A stretch of 55,186 bases of DNA, from IMG/VR virus record IMGVR_UViG_3300030099_006009, positions 1-55,186 of that record; one strand, given 5' to 3'. Below the pieces are notes generated by a model that made no database searches, was not told the origin of the DNA, and saw nothing but the letters and a program-made list of their open reading frames with translations. A program made the position numbers and the translations under genes. Each line of letters begins with the position of its first letter. Position 1 is the first letter of the stretch. Positions 54,695-55,186 of the stretch are shown here, one piece after another. This stretch comes from a virus. Taxonomy: Duplodnaviria > Caudoviricetes.

Positions 54695-55186
54695 TTATGA
54701 ATTAAATAACTTATCGAAATCATCTTCTACATTTGAAGAACCTTCAGTAGCAACCATTTCTGGTTCTTTTTCTGTTGTTTCTTCTGTAGAATCTGATGGG
54801 TTTAGAAAGTTAGAAAGATGACTCTTTAACTCATCAAAAGTTGGTTCTTGATACAACTCTTTGATGTCAGGTTGTTCATCTAACAATCTTTGTAGTAAGT
54901 TAGAATCATCGGAAAGTGCTGTAACGTTTGGTTTGACACGAATGGTAGTCTTACCATATTGGTTACCAGCTTCAGCAGGCGTTTGTCTTTCGACAACAAT
55001 ATCACGACCTGTTGTAGCATCGGATATATCACCATAGTCTGGATCGGCTATGATACCAAGAAGTTCTTGATATACAGTTTTACCAAATCCCCAAAACTTT
55101 ACACCTTCGGATTCTTCACCACGAACAACGACAGGAACAAAAGTTCTCATCTTTGGTTCGATTCTCTTACCTTGAATCCATTCATC
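54695..55186 (-). CDS. Single-stranded DNA-binding protein (T4 gp32-like), 5'-truncated
   Basis: GVKFWGFGKTVY, DYGDISD..TGRDI, acidic tail DDFDKLF; frame open to the window end. Confidence 0.85.
   Translation of the reverse strand, partial: DEWIQGKRIEPKMRTFVPVVVRGEESEGVKFWGFGKTVYQELLGIIADPDYGDISDATTGRDIVVERQTPAEAGNQYGKTTIRVKPNVTALSDDSNLLQRLLDEQPDIKELYQEPTFDELKSHLSNFLNPSDSTEETTEKEPEMVATEGSSNVEDDFDKLFNS

Noticed and set aside
1-55186. Alternative genetic code, inteins/introns, tRNAs, CRISPR arrays, IS elements
   Set aside because: TAA, TAG and TGA all terminate full-length genes; PolB, NrdJ, helicase and RecA have normal lengths; I saw no cloverleaf, spaced repeat or transposase by eye (tRNAscan or Infernal would confirm).

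Overview
This 55 kb window is AT-rich and densely coded, and essentially every credible gene lies on the minus strand, many with ATGA/TAATG overlaps. It is a segment of a large T4-like (probably jumbo) dsDNA phage. Read in transcription order (right to left) there are four blocks. (1) A T4-type replication block: gp32 SSB, RecA/UvsX, an RNase H/5' nuclease broken by an internal deletion, gp41 helicase, a DNA MTase, class II RNR nrdJ, a full TonB-dependent receptor, PolB, and clamp/clamp loaders. (2) A DUF1599/ClpP/PD-(D/E)XK/SLOG block. (3) A ~27.5 kb glycan-biosynthesis island of about 35 genes: many glycosyltransferases, a deoxy/amino/C-methyl-sugar pathway, two carbamoyltransferases, methyltransferases and a 2OG oxygenase. 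(4) A block of auxiliary and stress genes (def, MazG-like, uvsE, Hsp20, VOC, rhodanese, SNase, thyX, apt) plus many micro-ORFs. Non-coding signals read directly from the sequence are six CTTGAC-N17/18-TATATT-type promoters, a sigma54-like promoter before hsp20, a recurrent TATTTATA leader motif, an H-type pseudoknot between nrdJ and the TonB receptor, and a hairpin with an anti-Shine-Dalgarno loop before recA. I saw no tRNA, rRNA, CRISPR array or intein. Product calls come from motif recognition only; no database searches were run.
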